Origin: Alphaproteobacteria bacterium
Lineage (GTDB): Bacteria > Pseudomonadota > Alphaproteobacteria > Rs-D84
Assembly (NCBI GenBank): GCA_017960855.1
Contig: JAGCYJ010000010.1
Coordinates: 8,098-72,097 of the forward strand
DNA length: 64,000 nt
Direction of reading: 5' to 3'
The notes under the pieces are model-generated. The model did no database searches, was not told the DNA's origin, and saw only the letters and a program-made list of their open reading frames with translations. The position numbers and the translations under genes were made by a program. Shown here piece after piece: positions 8,503-18,098 of this stretch. The stretch's first letter is position 1. Each line of letters opens with the position of its first letter.

Positions 8503-8717
8503 TGATAGTAAATGTCCGTGTTATTCCGCGTGCGCGCGTCCAGAAAATTGTTGCCGATGGCGACACCTTGCGTGTTTATACCAATGCGACACCAACTGAT
8601 GGCGAAGCAAATACGGCGGTAATAAAAATGTTGGCGAAACACTATGATGTGCCAAAATCACGGATTGCAATCGTTCGGGGCGCGACATCGCATGACAAGG
8701 TGATTGAGATAAACTAA
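8502..8717 (+). CDS. DUF167/YggU-family protein
   Basis: MIVNVRVIPRARV....DG..LRVY..A.P.DGEAN.A.IK.LAK......S.I.IV.G..S..K. Start overlaps the HIT stop (TAATG), so the longer ORF-track start 8391 is rejected. Confidence 0.8.
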   Translation: MIVNVRVIPRARVQKIVADGDTLRVYTNATPTDGEANTAVIKMLAKHYDVPKSRIAIVRGATSHDKVIEIN

Positions 8718-9271
8718 CCCTTGTAATTTAAAATCCCATCTATAAGTTCCTGGGGATCGCTGGCAATGGCGACATTATAGTCATCCAATGTATCAATAAA
8801 TCTATTATTCATCATGTCAACAATCAGTTGGTGAAAAGCCCACCAAAAGTGGCGTGTGTTCAAAAAGAATACGGGTTTATTTGTCTCGCCAATCTGTTGC
8901 ATTGTTAAAATGTCCGTCACTTCGTTCAATGTGCCAATACCCCCGGGTAATATGATGAAAGCATCGGATAATTCAAACATTTTCTGTTTACGTTCATTTA
9001 CCCCAGGTACAATTTGGACATCTATGCCCTTGTGTACAGGTTCCTGTTTCGCGACAACATGTTCTGTTGAAATGCCGATTACATGTGCACCGCTTTCAAG
9101 TGCAGCCCCAGCCACAGCACCCATTAGTCCAACATCGCCACCACCAAAGACCATGGACAGCCCATTTTTTCCAATCAATTTGCCCATCAATTCTGCATCA
9201 GTAACAAAAGCAGGGTTCAATCCAAACTGATGCCCACAATAAACTGCAACTGTTTTAATTTTATGTTTCAT
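8714..9271 (-). CDS. LOG-family (TIGR00730) nucleotide phosphoribohydrolase
   Basis: GGGDVGLMG and PGGIGTLNE motifs. Confidence 0.85.
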   Translation of the reverse strand: MKHKIKTVAVYCGHQFGLNPAFVTDAELMGKLIGKNGLSMVFGGGDVGLMGAVAGAALESGAHVIGISTEHVVAKQEPVHKGIDVQIVPGVNERKQKMFELSDAFIILPGGIGTLNEVTDILTMQQIGETNKPVFFLNTRHFWWAFHQLIVDMMNNRFIDTLDDYNVAIASDPQELIDGILNYKG

Positions 9272-9319
9272 TCCTTTTTCCCTTTATTTTTCGTAATTAT
9301 ATCATAAAATGGCGGTACT

Positions 9320-10300
9320 ATGAATCAAAAGTTTATGGATTTTATGCGTACCTTTTACGGTAAAAAATTGGCTGTCGCGGTAAGTGGCGGCGTTGATTCC
9401 GTTGCGCTGTTGCATTGGTTGGTTGAAATTGGCATGGATATTGTATGCCTGCATGTGAATCATGGTTTGCGTGCCGCAGCGGATACGGAATCGAAATATG
9501 TGGCTGATATTTGTAAAAAATTAAAAGTTCCTTGTCATATATTTCGTTGGACAGAAAAGAAGCCAGAATCTGGGATTGAGGCCGCTGCCCGCACAGCGCG
9601 TTATAAAATGATGACGGATTTCTGTCGCGAAAATGAAATTGAATATTTACTTACCGCGCACCAAGCCGATGATCAAATTGAAACTTTTTTGATGAATCTG
9701 GGGCGGGGCAGTGGTGTGTTCGGTTTGGCTGCCATGCAACCTGTTTCTGAACGCGATGGGATTAAGATAGTTCGTCCACTGTTAAATATTTCGCGCGAAG
9801 AATTGAAAAATTATTGCGATACGCGTGGCATTAAATATTTTGTTGATGAAATGAATAATGATGCGCGTTATACACGTGTGCGCATTCGTAAAAATCGTCA
9901 TGTGTTGCACGATATGCTGGGAATTAGCGATGAACGCATTTTGTTGGCAATTGAAAATTTGAATCGTGCGCGTGATGCAATTGCGACTGATGTAGATAAA
10001 TTAGTTGCTGATGTCATGGGAAATGGATTTGCGATGTTTCGTGATTCTTTTCTGTTTGACCTGATGCCCGATATTAGATTAAAGTTTATTGGAACTTTGA
10101 TTCAAAAAATAGGGGGGGATGATTATCAACCGCGCTTGAATTCGCTGTGCCTGGCATTAAATAAGTTGCATGGGAATTGCAAATTTACGCTGGGGCATTG
10201 TACAGTAAGACGTTTGGGTGAGCGCATTTTGATTGTTCCCGAAGGAGCAAAAACAACATTCAGGAAAAGAAATGGCAAAAATGGGAAATTTAAAAAATAA
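9320..10300 (+). CDS. tilS: tRNA(Ile)-lysidine synthase
   Basis: PP-loop motif AVSGGVDS. Conserved tilS-ftsH order. Confidence 0.9.
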   Translation: MNQKFMDFMRTFYGKKLAVAVSGGVDSVALLHWLVEIGMDIVCLHVNHGLRAAADTESKYVADICKKLKVPCHIFRWTEKKPESGIEAAARTARYKMMTDFCRENEIEYLLTAHQADDQIETFLMNLGRGSGVFGLAAMQPVSERDGIKIVRPLLNISREELKNYCDTRGIKYFVDEMNNDARYTRVRIRKNRHVLHDMLGISDERILLAIENLNRARDAIATDVDKLVADVMGNGFAMFRDSFLFDLMPDIRLKFIGTLIQKIGGDDYQPRLNSLCLALNKLHGNCKFTLGHCTVRRLGERILIVPEGAKTTFRKRNGKNGKFKK

Positions 10301-12158
10301 AATTAAACGTGATAAATCAGCATGGTTTTTAGCGATACCATTACTTATCATTGTTGGATTGGGTTTGGTTGCATTTGGTGTGCGTGATAATGTGAATTTA
10401 CCAACTGGTGAAAATACAGTTGCTGCGGCGCGCCCTGTGGAATTGTCGTTTTCGGATGTTCTGCGCCGTGCAGATGAAATCAATACAATGAACATTCGTG
10501 GTTCTGATGCAACCGGTACACTGGAAGACGGAACTAAATACACCGCGACAATCGCATATGATCCAGAATTGTTAACCAAAATCGCGGCAAGCGGTGCAAC
10601 TATTTCCATTGATTCAACAAAATCATTTATGGAACGGATGGGATTTTGGTTGCCAATTTTGTTATGGCTGGGATTCTTTTGGTTCTTATTTCGTGGCACG
10701 CGTGGCGGAATCAGCCGCAGTATCGCAAGTCAAAACCCAACAAAAATTATGACCGGCAATGTAAAGAAAACAACATTCAAAGATGTTGCTGGTATTGAAT
10801 CTGAAAAACAAGAACTTATGGAAATAGTTGATTTCCTTAAAAACAAGGAAAAGTTCCGTGCACTTGGTGCGCGTGTTCCACGTGGTGTTTTGTTGTCGGG
10901 CGAACCAGGAACCGGTAAAACATTGTTGGCACGTGCAATCGCCGGCGAAGCAAACGTTCCTTTCTTTGCTGCATCCGGCAGTGATTTTTCAGGAATCATT
11001 GTTGGTTTGGGTGTTGCAAAAATCAAAGAAATGTTTGAAATGGCAAAGCGCAATGCACCATGCATTTTATTCATAGATGAAATTGATGCAATCGGGCAAA
11101 AGCGCAGCACACAAATTCATAATGATCAAGATCGCGAACAAACATTAAATCAGTTGTTGATTGAAATGGATGGTTTTGCAAATGATACGGGCATAATTGT
11201 TTTGGGTGCGACAAATCGTGTTGATATGTTGGATCCTGCGTTGTTACGTCCGGGACGTTTTGATAGACAAGTATATATTGAATTGCCTGATATGGCCGGT
11301 CGTGACGAGATTTTGAAATTATATGCAGATCGTGTTAAATTGGCGCCCGATGTTGATTTAAAAAACATTGCACGTGGTACAACTGGTTTTTCAGGTGCAG
11401 ATTTGGAAAACTTGCTGAACGAAGCGGCATTGCATGCGGTGCGTGCGGGTCATAAAGAAGTCACCAATGAAGATGTGGACGAAGCGCGTGATAAAATTAT
11501 GATGGGACCGCGCAAGATTCGCAAGATTCGTGATGATGATAAAAAACTTACCGCATATCACGAAGCAGGGCATGCCTTTGTTAGCCAGCATTATTCAGAT
11601 GTGACTGATCCTATACACAAGGCGACGATTATTCCACGTGGGCGTGCGTTGGGTATGGTTCAACACTTGCCAATAGATGACAAGGTTTCAATGACCGTTG
11701 CCGAAGTCCGCGCACAATTGTCTGTATCGCTTGCGGGACGTGCCGCCGAAGAAGTATTCTTTGGTGCCGATAAAATAACAACTGGTGCAGAAAGCGATAT
11801 CGCCGCGGCAACGCGTTTGGCACGTTATTCAATAACAACTGCGGGTTTATCAGATAAGATTGGTATGGTTGCAATAAATCAGTCAAACACATGGGGCGGA
11901 CGCAGTGCGCTTGAAAATGCATCTGAAAAAACAGCCGAAGCAGTTGATGCTGAAATTCGTAACTGGATGGATGCCGCACACAACGATGCGAAAAAGATAT
12001 TGTTGCACAATCGTGCAATTGTTGAAAAATTAGCGAACGAATTGTTGAACCGCGAAACATTGACTGGTGATGAAATCCGTGAAATTATTGCGGGTAAAAA
12101 ATCGAAGAAGAAAACCGCGACAACGAAAAAGAAAAGTACAACGGTTAAAAAGAAGTAA
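10272..12158 (+). CDS. ftsH: ATP-dependent zinc metalloprotease FtsH
   Basis: Walker A GEPGTGKT, SRH region, HEAGHA zinc site and two N-terminal TM segments. Start chosen at MAKMGN (AGGAAAAG RBS); it overlaps the tilS 3' end. Confidence 0.95.
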   Translation: MAKMGNLKNKIKRDKSAWFLAIPLLIIVGLGLVAFGVRDNVNLPTGENTVAAARPVELSFSDVLRRADEINTMNIRGSDATGTLEDGTKYTATIAYDPELLTKIAASGATISIDSTKSFMERMGFWLPILLWLGFFWFLFRGTRGGISRSIASQNPTKIMTGNVKKTTFKDVAGIESEKQELMEIVDFLKNKEKFRALGARVPRGVLLSGEPGTGKTLLARAIAGEANVPFFAASGSDFSGIIVGLGVAKIKEMFEMAKRNAPCILFIDEIDAIGQKRSTQIHNDQDREQTLNQLLIEMDGFANDTGIIVLGATNRVDMLDPALLRPGRFDRQVYIELPDMAGRDEILKLYADRVKLAPDVDLKNIARGTTGFSGADLENLLNEAALHAVRAGHKEVTNEDVDEARDKIMMGPRKIRKIRDDDKKLTAYHEAGHAFVSQHYSDVTDPIHKATIIPRGRALGMVQHLPIDDKVSMTVAEVRAQLSVSLAGRAAEEVFFGADKITTGAESDIAAATRLARYSITTAGLSDKIGMVAINQSNTWGGRSALENASEKTAEAVDAEIRNWMDAAHNDAKKILLHNRAIVEKLANELLNRETLTGDEIREIIAGKKSKKKTATTKKKSTTVKKK

Positions 12159-12162
12159 AATG

Positions 12163-12184
12163 AACGGCATCAAACGATGCCGTT
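12163..12184. terminator. Bidirectional terminator hairpin between ftsH and the convergent methyltransferase gene
   Basis: aacggcatc-aaac-gatgccgtt, a perfect 9-bp stem. Confidence 0.55.
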
Positions 12185-12185
12185 T

Positions 12186-12764
12186 CTATTTACGAAAATC
12201 ATAAACGAATAATTTGTGTGGATATTTCTTATGACCATACGGTGTGGCACCGTGTCCGACATCTATGATGCGTGTTGGTTTTAATTTTTCAATTGGAACA
12301 TCAAATGTAATAATTGTATCAAACTGATTTTTATATTCTGCCAACCGCGGATTTACATTTGGTCCCAGATATGCAACACCAATGTCAAAACGTGGTGATG
12401 ATTTAAGATATTTAAACGCATCGCATTTAATTATTTTAACACGTGAACGTGTAATGAAGTTCATCATACGCGCAACAGTTATTGTGAACGGCATATTTTC
12501 CAATGCAACCACCATCATATCACTATGTTTAGCGACATATCGCGCAAGGCCGCCATAGCCCGCGCCAATATCACATAACGATGTTGCCGTTGGAAAATGT
12601 TTTTCTATTTCTTTTACTAATGCGTGTCGCAAATATTTAGAACTGGAAACACACGGAATCTGACCATGATGAACGCACCACAAATATTCGCCACGACTTA
12701 AAAACAAATGCAATTCAAGCAGTATGATACAAACAATCGCAAAGATAAAAATGTAATACAACAT
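12186..12764 (-). CDS. Membrane-anchored class I SAM-dependent methyltransferase
   Basis: N-terminal TM helix and the SAM motif I-like sequence LCDIGAGYGGLARYV. Confidence 0.65.
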   Translation of the reverse strand: MLYYIFIFAIVCIILLELHLFLSRGEYLWCVHHGQIPCVSSSKYLRHALVKEIEKHFPTATSLCDIGAGYGGLARYVAKHSDMMVVALENMPFTITVARMMNFITRSRVKIIKCDAFKYLKSSPRFDIGVAYLGPNVNPRLAEYKNQFDTIITFDVPIEKLKPTRIIDVGHGATPYGHKKYPHKLFVYDFRK

Positions 12765-12771
12765 TGTTTAT

Positions 12772-14031
12772 TTACATCTGTATGAACCAGTTCGGATTCT
12801 TTGCCAAATGTTCAATACCGTTATCCAGTGTTTTACGATATTCCAAAAACTTTTTCTTGTTCGCGTCATCAAGATTGCTTATCGCCGGTAATTTCACAGT
12901 CAATGGATTTACATGCACACCATCTTTGATAACTTCATAGTGTAAATGTGGACCCGTTGATAATCCAGTGGAACCAACATAACCAATCGTTTGTCCTTGC
13001 TTAACCGCAGTGCCAACACCAACGCCCTTGGCAAATCTGGACATGTGTGCATACAAAGTTTCAAATGTTCCATTATGGCGAATCTTTACATAGTTTCCAT
13101 GGCCACGATTGAATCCGCGTGCGACAACGCGACCCGCGCCAGCCGCCGGAATAGGTGTGCCGGTTGATGCGCGGAAATCAACACCTTTGTGTGCGCGGGT
13201 AAATCCCAACACGGGGTGTTTGCGGCTTGTTGAAAAATTACTGGTCACTTTGGCATTATTTATCGGCGTGCGCTTCAGCGATTTAATTGCGCCATTTCCG
13301 TTTTCATCATAGTATCCGGTTGTGCCATCACTCTTCTTGAACCGGTACATTTTGACATTACCACGCAACGCTTCAAATTGGACGGCCAAAACGTGTCCGT
13401 TATCAACCTTTTGTCCTTCGGAAAAGTTTTCTTCGTATAAAACCGAGAAATGCTGACCCGCACGAACATCACGTTCAAAGTCCATTTCAAACGCCAACAA
13501 ATCATACACGTCAATCAAGATGCCCGCCGGAATTCCCGCACGAATTCCCGCCAGATAGAAACTGTCGCCATTTTTGATTTCGCCCGTTTTATATACGGCG
13601 CGTGTGTCGCGTTCAATTTCAATCGTGTTGCAATTCCAGCCACCATTTTCAGAGCAGGTCAATTCCACCTGTTTCCATGGGGACGGAATAAGAACGATTT
13701 TTGATACCGGTGAATCTGTATCTGGACGCACAAATTCAAACTTGTCATTATCTGCACGCAATGTGGAAATGCCGGCATTCTTTTTTAACGCGTCGGCGAT
13801 TGCATTTACATCGCTGTTGTTCAGACCTTGGTCAATAAGCAACTTGCCCAACGTGTCGCCCGACGCAACGACAACCATCGTCTTGCACTCAGACGGTTCA
13901 TTAACACTAACTTTCGCGCCACCACGATACAATACAACTGTAAAAATAGCGACCAACGACAACACAATTGCCAATGCCATCACCAATCGGGACAGCATGG
14001 ACGGATTCATTATTTCTTTTACTTTTTTCAT
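12772..14031 (-). CDS. M23-family peptidoglycan endopeptidase (membrane-anchored)
   Basis: C-terminal HKGVDF...GHGNYVKIRH...YAHMS...GSTGLSTGPHLHYEV and an N-terminal TM after MKKVKEIMNPS. The ORF-track start 14565 is rejected because that extension overlaps prmC and lacks a signal. Confidence 0.85.
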   Translation of the reverse strand: MKKVKEIMNPSMLSRLVMALAIVLSLVAIFTVVLYRGGAKVSVNEPSECKTMVVVASGDTLGKLLIDQGLNNSDVNAIADALKKNAGISTLRADNDKFEFVRPDTDSPVSKIVLIPSPWKQVELTCSENGGWNCNTIEIERDTRAVYKTGEIKNGDSFYLAGIRAGIPAGILIDVYDLLAFEMDFERDVRAGQHFSVLYEENFSEGQKVDNGHVLAVQFEALRGNVKMYRFKKSDGTTGYYDENGNGAIKSLKRTPINNAKVTSNFSTSRKHPVLGFTRAHKGVDFRASTGTPIPAAGAGRVVARGFNRGHGNYVKIRHNGTFETLYAHMSRFAKGVGVGTAVKQGQTIGYVGSTGLSTGPHLHYEVIKDGVHVNPLTVKLPAISNLDDANKKKFLEYRKTLDNGIEHLAKNPNWFIQM

Positions 14032-14052
14032 GGGATGGATTATAATATTTTT

Positions 14053-14823
14053 ATGGAAATAAATCAAGCGTTCGCAATCTTGAGCAAAGCCGGTGGTCCG
14101 CATGCGGCACGAATAATCACTGAAAAGTTTGGGACTATGTCGCGGTTCGCGGTTTGGCGTGCGGCGCGCGCCTTGCGACGCGGTGTTCCGGTGGCGAAAA
14201 TCGTCCACGAGAAATGGTTTTACGGTATTCCGTTCTATACCAATAAACATACAATGGATCCGCGACCGGATACAGAAACCTTGGTGGAATCTGTGTTGCG
14301 CGATTGGGGCAAAACGCCCAATTTGCGTGTGTTGGATTTGGGAACGGGAACGGGATGCGTTGCAATTTCGCTTATTATGAATTTGCCACGGGCAGCCGCC
14401 ATTGGTGTTGATGTTTCGCGCAGTGCGCTGCGCGTGGCGAACAAAAATGCCTGTAATATGAGTTTGTGTGATAGTTTCAAGGCGGTTCATGGGACATTTA
14501 CGCATACTAACCTTGGGGGAGAGCAGTTTGATATCATCGTTTCCAACCCACCTTATATTGCACATGGGGATTCGCGCGTGAATGCGGGGGCACAGTTTGA
14601 CCCAGATGTCGCGTTATACGCGGACGATAATGGTTTAGCTGCGTATGAAGAAATTGCGACGCGGGCACTTTCGTGGATTAAACGATCTGGACGAATTTAT
14701 TTGGAAATAGGGGCGGGCATGTCGCGTTCTGTGAAATCTATTTTTACAAATGCGGGGTGGAAATTCGTGCGCGCCGATAAAGATTTGGGTGGCAAAATTC
14801 GCGTTTTAGTGTTCAGTTTGTAA
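14053..14823 (+). CDS. prmC: Release-factor glutamine N5-methyltransferase (HemK/PrmC)
   Basis: LDLGTGTGCVAISL SAM motif and the NPPY catalytic motif. Alternative start at ATG 14035. Confidence 0.85.
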   Translation: MEINQAFAILSKAGGPHAARIITEKFGTMSRFAVWRAARALRRGVPVAKIVHEKWFYGIPFYTNKHTMDPRPDTETLVESVLRDWGKTPNLRVLDLGTGTGCVAISLIMNLPRAAAIGVDVSRSALRVANKNACNMSLCDSFKAVHGTFTHTNLGGEQFDIIVSNPPYIAHGDSRVNAGAQFDPDVALYADDNGLAAYEEIATRALSWIKRSGRIYLEIGAGMSRSVKSIFTNAGWKFVRADKDLGGKIRVLVFSL

Positions 14824-15544
14824 AATTAAGTGCCTTTACCGGAATAGTGTTGTGTTTAGCCCCTGATATTACTATCATTTTTTTGTCTTTAATCCACTTT
14901 TGTGAAAGAATATTTGGCACAACTTCGTCGTGTTCGGCGACATAATGCACTTGTGCAATTCGCGGCAATGTGTAAAGGTTAAGCGAGTGTGTAAGCGGTG
15001 TGTCGTTAAAATATTGTGTCCAGTCAGCGTGATTCAATACCCCCGCCACCGTTATCCACTTTTTGACATCAATTTCGGCATGATTTTGTATAACCAGACC
15101 CGAAATCATGGCACCACCCGAATAGCCAATCAAGATAACCGGACGCGTTCCCGCAATCGTTTTTATTGCGGAGGCAACTGAATCAACCATGGACTTTGAA
15201 AAACGTCCCGTTGTCCAATCGCGCGTTTTGCACTTTTCATCCATCACAAATTGGCATGGTCGTGCGATATAGGCAACATTTGGCGCATTGTCCGCCGCCG
15301 CCAAGTCGCGCACAAAGTGCGAACGCGGTGTCGGATCGTCTGTGGCGCGCCCATAATTGTTAAACGAATGACCATCGCCCTCTATATAAACATGCACAGG
15401 GGCGGTTTTGTCGGTGATTTTCTGAATTGTTGCGACGGAATAAAGGTCCGCACGCGTTGGCGACACAATCGTCATATCGTCTTGTGCGCCAATACCGGCA
15501 CAGCCCGCCAACAACAATAAAGATACTAAACCAACCCGCCACAT
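14813..15544 (-). CDS. Lipoprotein, alpha/beta-hydrolase fold
   Basis: Lipobox LLLAGC and a GYSGG nucleophile elbow (GxSxG). Confidence 0.6.
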   Translation of the reverse strand: MWRVGLVSLLLLAGCAGIGAQDDMTIVSPTRADLYSVATIQKITDKTAPVHVYIEGDGHSFNNYGRATDDPTPRSHFVRDLAAADNAPNVAYIARPCQFVMDEKCKTRDWTTGRFSKSMVDSVASAIKTIAGTRPVILIGYSGGAMISGLVIQNHAEIDVKKWITVAGVLNHADWTQYFNDTPLTHSLNLYTLPRIAQVHYVAEHDEVVPNILSQKWIKDKKMIVISGAKHNTIPVKALNFTN

Positions 15545-15595
15545 GTTTTGATTCTATAATGTGGCACCGAAAAAGGGAAGTGGTTTTATTTTTGT

Positions 15596-15615
15596 CATTC
15601 CTGCGCAGGCAGGAA
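15596..15615. repeat. Isolated REP-like palindrome ATTCCTGC-GCAG-GCAGGAAT
   Basis: Perfect 8-bp inverted repeat in an intergenic region. Translates as VIPAQAGI, a reading typical of small palindromic repeats in intracellular proteobacteria. Confidence 0.4.
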
Positions 15616-15702
15616 TAGGGCCTTTGTTGTTATTGCTAGTGTAGCGTGGCAATCCGGTGTTGATTATATTCTCTTTTTAGGGTAGAATAATACTTAGGAT
15701 TT

Positions 15703-16107
15703 ATGGAGAGGGTAATGACGCTAGATACTATAAATAAGTGGTTTAAAAATCATCGTGGTTGGTGCTTGATGATAACTGTGTGTATTGTGGCATTGTTTCT
15801 TATTCGTCCCATATTGGATGGAAATATGCAAGAACGTATTTTGGCAATATCGGGAATCGCTGTGTTATTTTATTTGTTTTGTACAGGTTTTATTGCGGAT
15901 GCTGTTGAACGACAAACTGAACGAATAGATAAAATTGCTGATTTGATTGAACAACAAAGTGAATACATGCGTAAGGTTGCAGATATGTTAGAGTCACAAT
16001 ACAAGGAGATGAAAACGTTTGCGGATCAATCTCAAAATACCATGATTGAAAAACAAGTACCCAAAACGCCGAGTTTGCAAGAATATTTTAACAAAGGAAA
16101 CGGATAA
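15703..16107 (+). CDS. Hypothetical membrane protein with a coiled-coil tail
   Basis: 134-aa ORF with two hydrophobic segments. GGAGAGGG lies upstream of an in-frame M at codon 5. Confidence 0.5.
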   Translation: MERVMTLDTINKWFKNHRGWCLMITVCIVALFLIRPILDGNMQERILAISGIAVLFYLFCTGFIADAVERQTERIDKIADLIEQQSEYMRKVADMLESQYKEMKTFADQSQNTMIEKQVPKTPSLQEYFNKGNG

Positions 16108-16118
16108 ACGAGAAAAAA

Positions 16119-16307
16119 ATGAAAATTCGAAAAGTTGCGGTTTGTCCTTATTGCCATAAAGAAACAACAATGTATAAAAATTCCACATCACATATTTTTC
16201 ATTTAATAATGACACTTATCACGGGATTTTGGCTGATAATTTGGTTGTTGTGTGCGCTTTCCAATAGATATTGGCGTTGCGAAAAATGTCGCCGGGTTGT
16301 TGGTTGA
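16119..16307 (+). CDS. Small zinc-ribbon membrane protein
   Basis: CPYC...HIFHLIMTLITGFWLIIWLL...CEKC: two CxxC pairs flanking a TM helix. Confidence 0.55.
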   Translation: MKIRKVAVCPYCHKETTMYKNSTSHIFHLIMTLITGFWLIIWLLCALSNRYWRCEKCRRVVG

Positions 16308-16332
16308 TAATAAATTATAAAAAGGGATAAAA

Positions 16333-17124
16333 ATGTTGTTCGGTAACTTCTTGTTTAGACATAGTAATGTGCGTGTGTTAGTCATTGTTATTTGTGTACC
16401 ATTATCTGGATGCGTTAACACGACATCTAATTATTATTGTGTCCCCGCAGATAATGGTTCTAGAGCCATATGCATATCAAATATAGATATGGATTTTATA
16501 CAACAACATAGGTATTCAGATAGTAAGTTTGATAATTTTATAAATTTTGTTTTATCCGATTCTGCCGGTCAAAAACGGTGTATGTGGAAAAATAACTCTC
16601 TTTTAGGTCTAGAAGACAATGTGATGTTTAGATATTACGAATATTATGACGGTACTAAAATATCAACATCAACACCTGCATATGTCTGTAGAGAAAGGAC
16701 TGTCAATGCGTATGAACAAAAATTGCAAGACAAGGAAAAAGAGAAAAAAGCCGAAATAAGAAAAAAGGAAGATGCGGAACAAAGACGACGCGAACATATG
16801 GTTGCAGAACAACACCCGGAAGTTAGAAAAAAAATATATAACCAGTTCTATGATCGCTGTGCGAATAATCTAAAGAATAATCGTGTTCAATTTAATCCGA
16901 ATTATATACAGCAAATGTGCGATTGTTTTGCATGTGTATTCGATGGTATACATGGCGATGAAGCAGTGTATGAATATGTACAATCAAATGGTAGGAAACA
17001 GACTGTTTCAGATTCTTGGTACCCAAATATAATATACGGGATGTGGGAACAATGTGATGTTTCTGGTCGTGTGCCAGGAAGTTTTCAACCATGTAAATGG
17101 GCACAAGGAAAGAATCCTTTTTAA
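16333..17124 (+). CDS. Hypothetical lipoprotein, Cys-rich with a central KE-rich helix
   Basis: Lipobox-like VPLSGC. 263-aa ORF followed by a terminator at 17185-17210. Confidence 0.5.
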   Translation: MLFGNFLFRHSNVRVLVIVICVPLSGCVNTTSNYYCVPADNGSRAICISNIDMDFIQQHRYSDSKFDNFINFVLSDSAGQKRCMWKNNSLLGLEDNVMFRYYEYYDGTKISTSTPAYVCRERTVNAYEQKLQDKEKEKKAEIRKKEDAEQRRREHMVAEQHPEVRKKIYNQFYDRCANNLKNNRVQFNPNYIQQMCDCFACVFDGIHGDEAVYEYVQSNGRKQTVSDSWYPNIIYGMWEQCDVSGRVPGSFQPCKWAQGKNPF

Positions 17125-17184
17125 CAATTTTTATGTATCATTGCTCTGACCGATCCTTCTGGGTGCACTGTATCACAAATTAAA

Positions 17185-17210
17185 AACCACCTATTCGGGT
17201 GGTTTTGAAT
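17185..17210 (+). terminator. Intrinsic terminator
   Basis: aaccacc-tattcg-ggtggtt followed by a T-rich tail. Confidence 0.55.
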
Positions 17211-17377
17211 TTCTGGCGCGCCATTATCCCCCTCGATACGCAATAACAAAAATCTATAAAAACTCGTCATACCAGACCCCGTTTTTATGATTTTTCTAAT
17301 TGTGTATTCTCGTATTCGCCATGCGCTTCGCTCTGGCGTATCCTTCTGGGCGACATACAACAAAGTTCAACAAAAAA

Positions 17378-17400
17378 GCGCCACGTTGTGTGGCGTTTTT
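17378..17400. terminator. Hairpin GCGCCAC-GTTGT-GTGGCG(T) with flanking A6/T5 runs, just 3' of tRNA-Arg
   Basis: Stem-loop 10 nt downstream of the tRNA-Arg 3' end on the minus strand. A/T runs sit on both sides. Confidence 0.5.
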
Positions 17401-17409
17401 ATTAAATCG

Positions 17410-17486
17410 TGGCGCGCCCAGAAGGATTCGAACCCTCAACCTTTTGATCCGTAGTCAAATGCTCTATCCAATTGAGCCATGGGCGC
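17410..17486 (-). tRNA. tRNA-Arg (anticodon ACG)
   Basis: The reverse complement GCGCCCATGGCTCAATTGGATAGAGCATTTGACTACGGATCAAAAGGTTGAGGGTTCGAATCCTTCTGGGCGCGCCA folds as a cloverleaf (7/4/5/5-bp stems, GTTCGAATC T-loop, encoded CCA). Confidence 0.9.
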
Positions 17487-17534
17487 AACGGTGTTGTATT
17501 TTATACCAAAATATCACGATTGCAAGGAAAATTA

Positions 17535-18095
17535 TTAAAATCCCATGTGCAGATTGGCGGTGGTAATAAGGTTCCCGTCGCCACCGGCATCTGTATTCGT
17601 TAAATAACGCACGCCAAAATCAGCAAACAGGTTGCCAAGAAGATTCAAACTGATACCCGCCATTGCGCCGTATGTGAATGCGTTGCGTTCATCGGATGGT
17701 TCGGCATAAGGGCGTTTCAATTCTGTTTCATAATTGGTGATACCCGCACTGATACCGGCATATATGCTGGAACGATAGCCGGTTGGATGAACGTCCATAA
17801 CGACGTCCGCCATATACATTTTAACCTTGGTATCATATTCATAATCTATGCCGCCCGCGCTGTTCTTGAACGTATAATCGGACATTGCGTATTCAAGTCC
17901 ATTACGCATAGAAATATTGTTCGTCAATGCGTATTGAATACCGCCGGTAATTGTCCACAAACTGCTGAAGCCCGTTGATGCGTGTTTTCCAGTATTCTGG
18001 AAACCCGATGTGACCCCCGCGGACAAGTATGGCGTTAACGCGTGCGCCGGCACGACTAATAACGATAATAATGCAAATGCTATATATTTTTTCAT
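17535..18095 (-). CDS. Small outer-membrane beta-barrel protein (OmpA-like barrel/opacity-type family)
   Basis: Signal peptide MKKYIAFALLSLLVVPAHA, alternating amphipathic strands and a C-terminal ...HMGF. Confidence 0.75.
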   Translation of the reverse strand: MKKYIAFALLSLLVVPAHALTPYLSAGVTSGFQNTGKHASTGFSSLWTITGGIQYALTNNISMRNGLEYAMSDYTFKNSAGGIDYEYDTKVKMYMADVVMDVHPTGYRSSIYAGISAGITNYETELKRPYAEPSDERNAFTYGAMAGISLNLLGNLFADFGVRYLTNTDAGGDGNLITTANLHMGF

Positions 18096-18098
18096 TTT

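Noticed and set aside
8391-8717. A longer 108-aa version of the DUF167 gene overlapping the HIT gene.
   Set aside because: The conserved DUF167 sequence begins at MIVNVRV, whose ATG overlaps the HIT stop codon (TAATG). The upstream extension is out-of-frame overlap with HIT and has no similarity to the family.
12772-14565. A 597-aa ORF suggesting a much longer M23 peptidase. Likewise the 13828 start for prmC, the 34432 start for the Cys-rich protein, 40931 for lysS, 45106 for rpsD, 21356 for rlpA, 24253 for era and 6754 for groEL.
   Set aside because: The N-terminal extensions lack signal or functional motifs. They overlap the neighbouring divergent gene or a terminator. Internal ATGs with an RBS give N-termini that match the conserved family starts or signal peptides.
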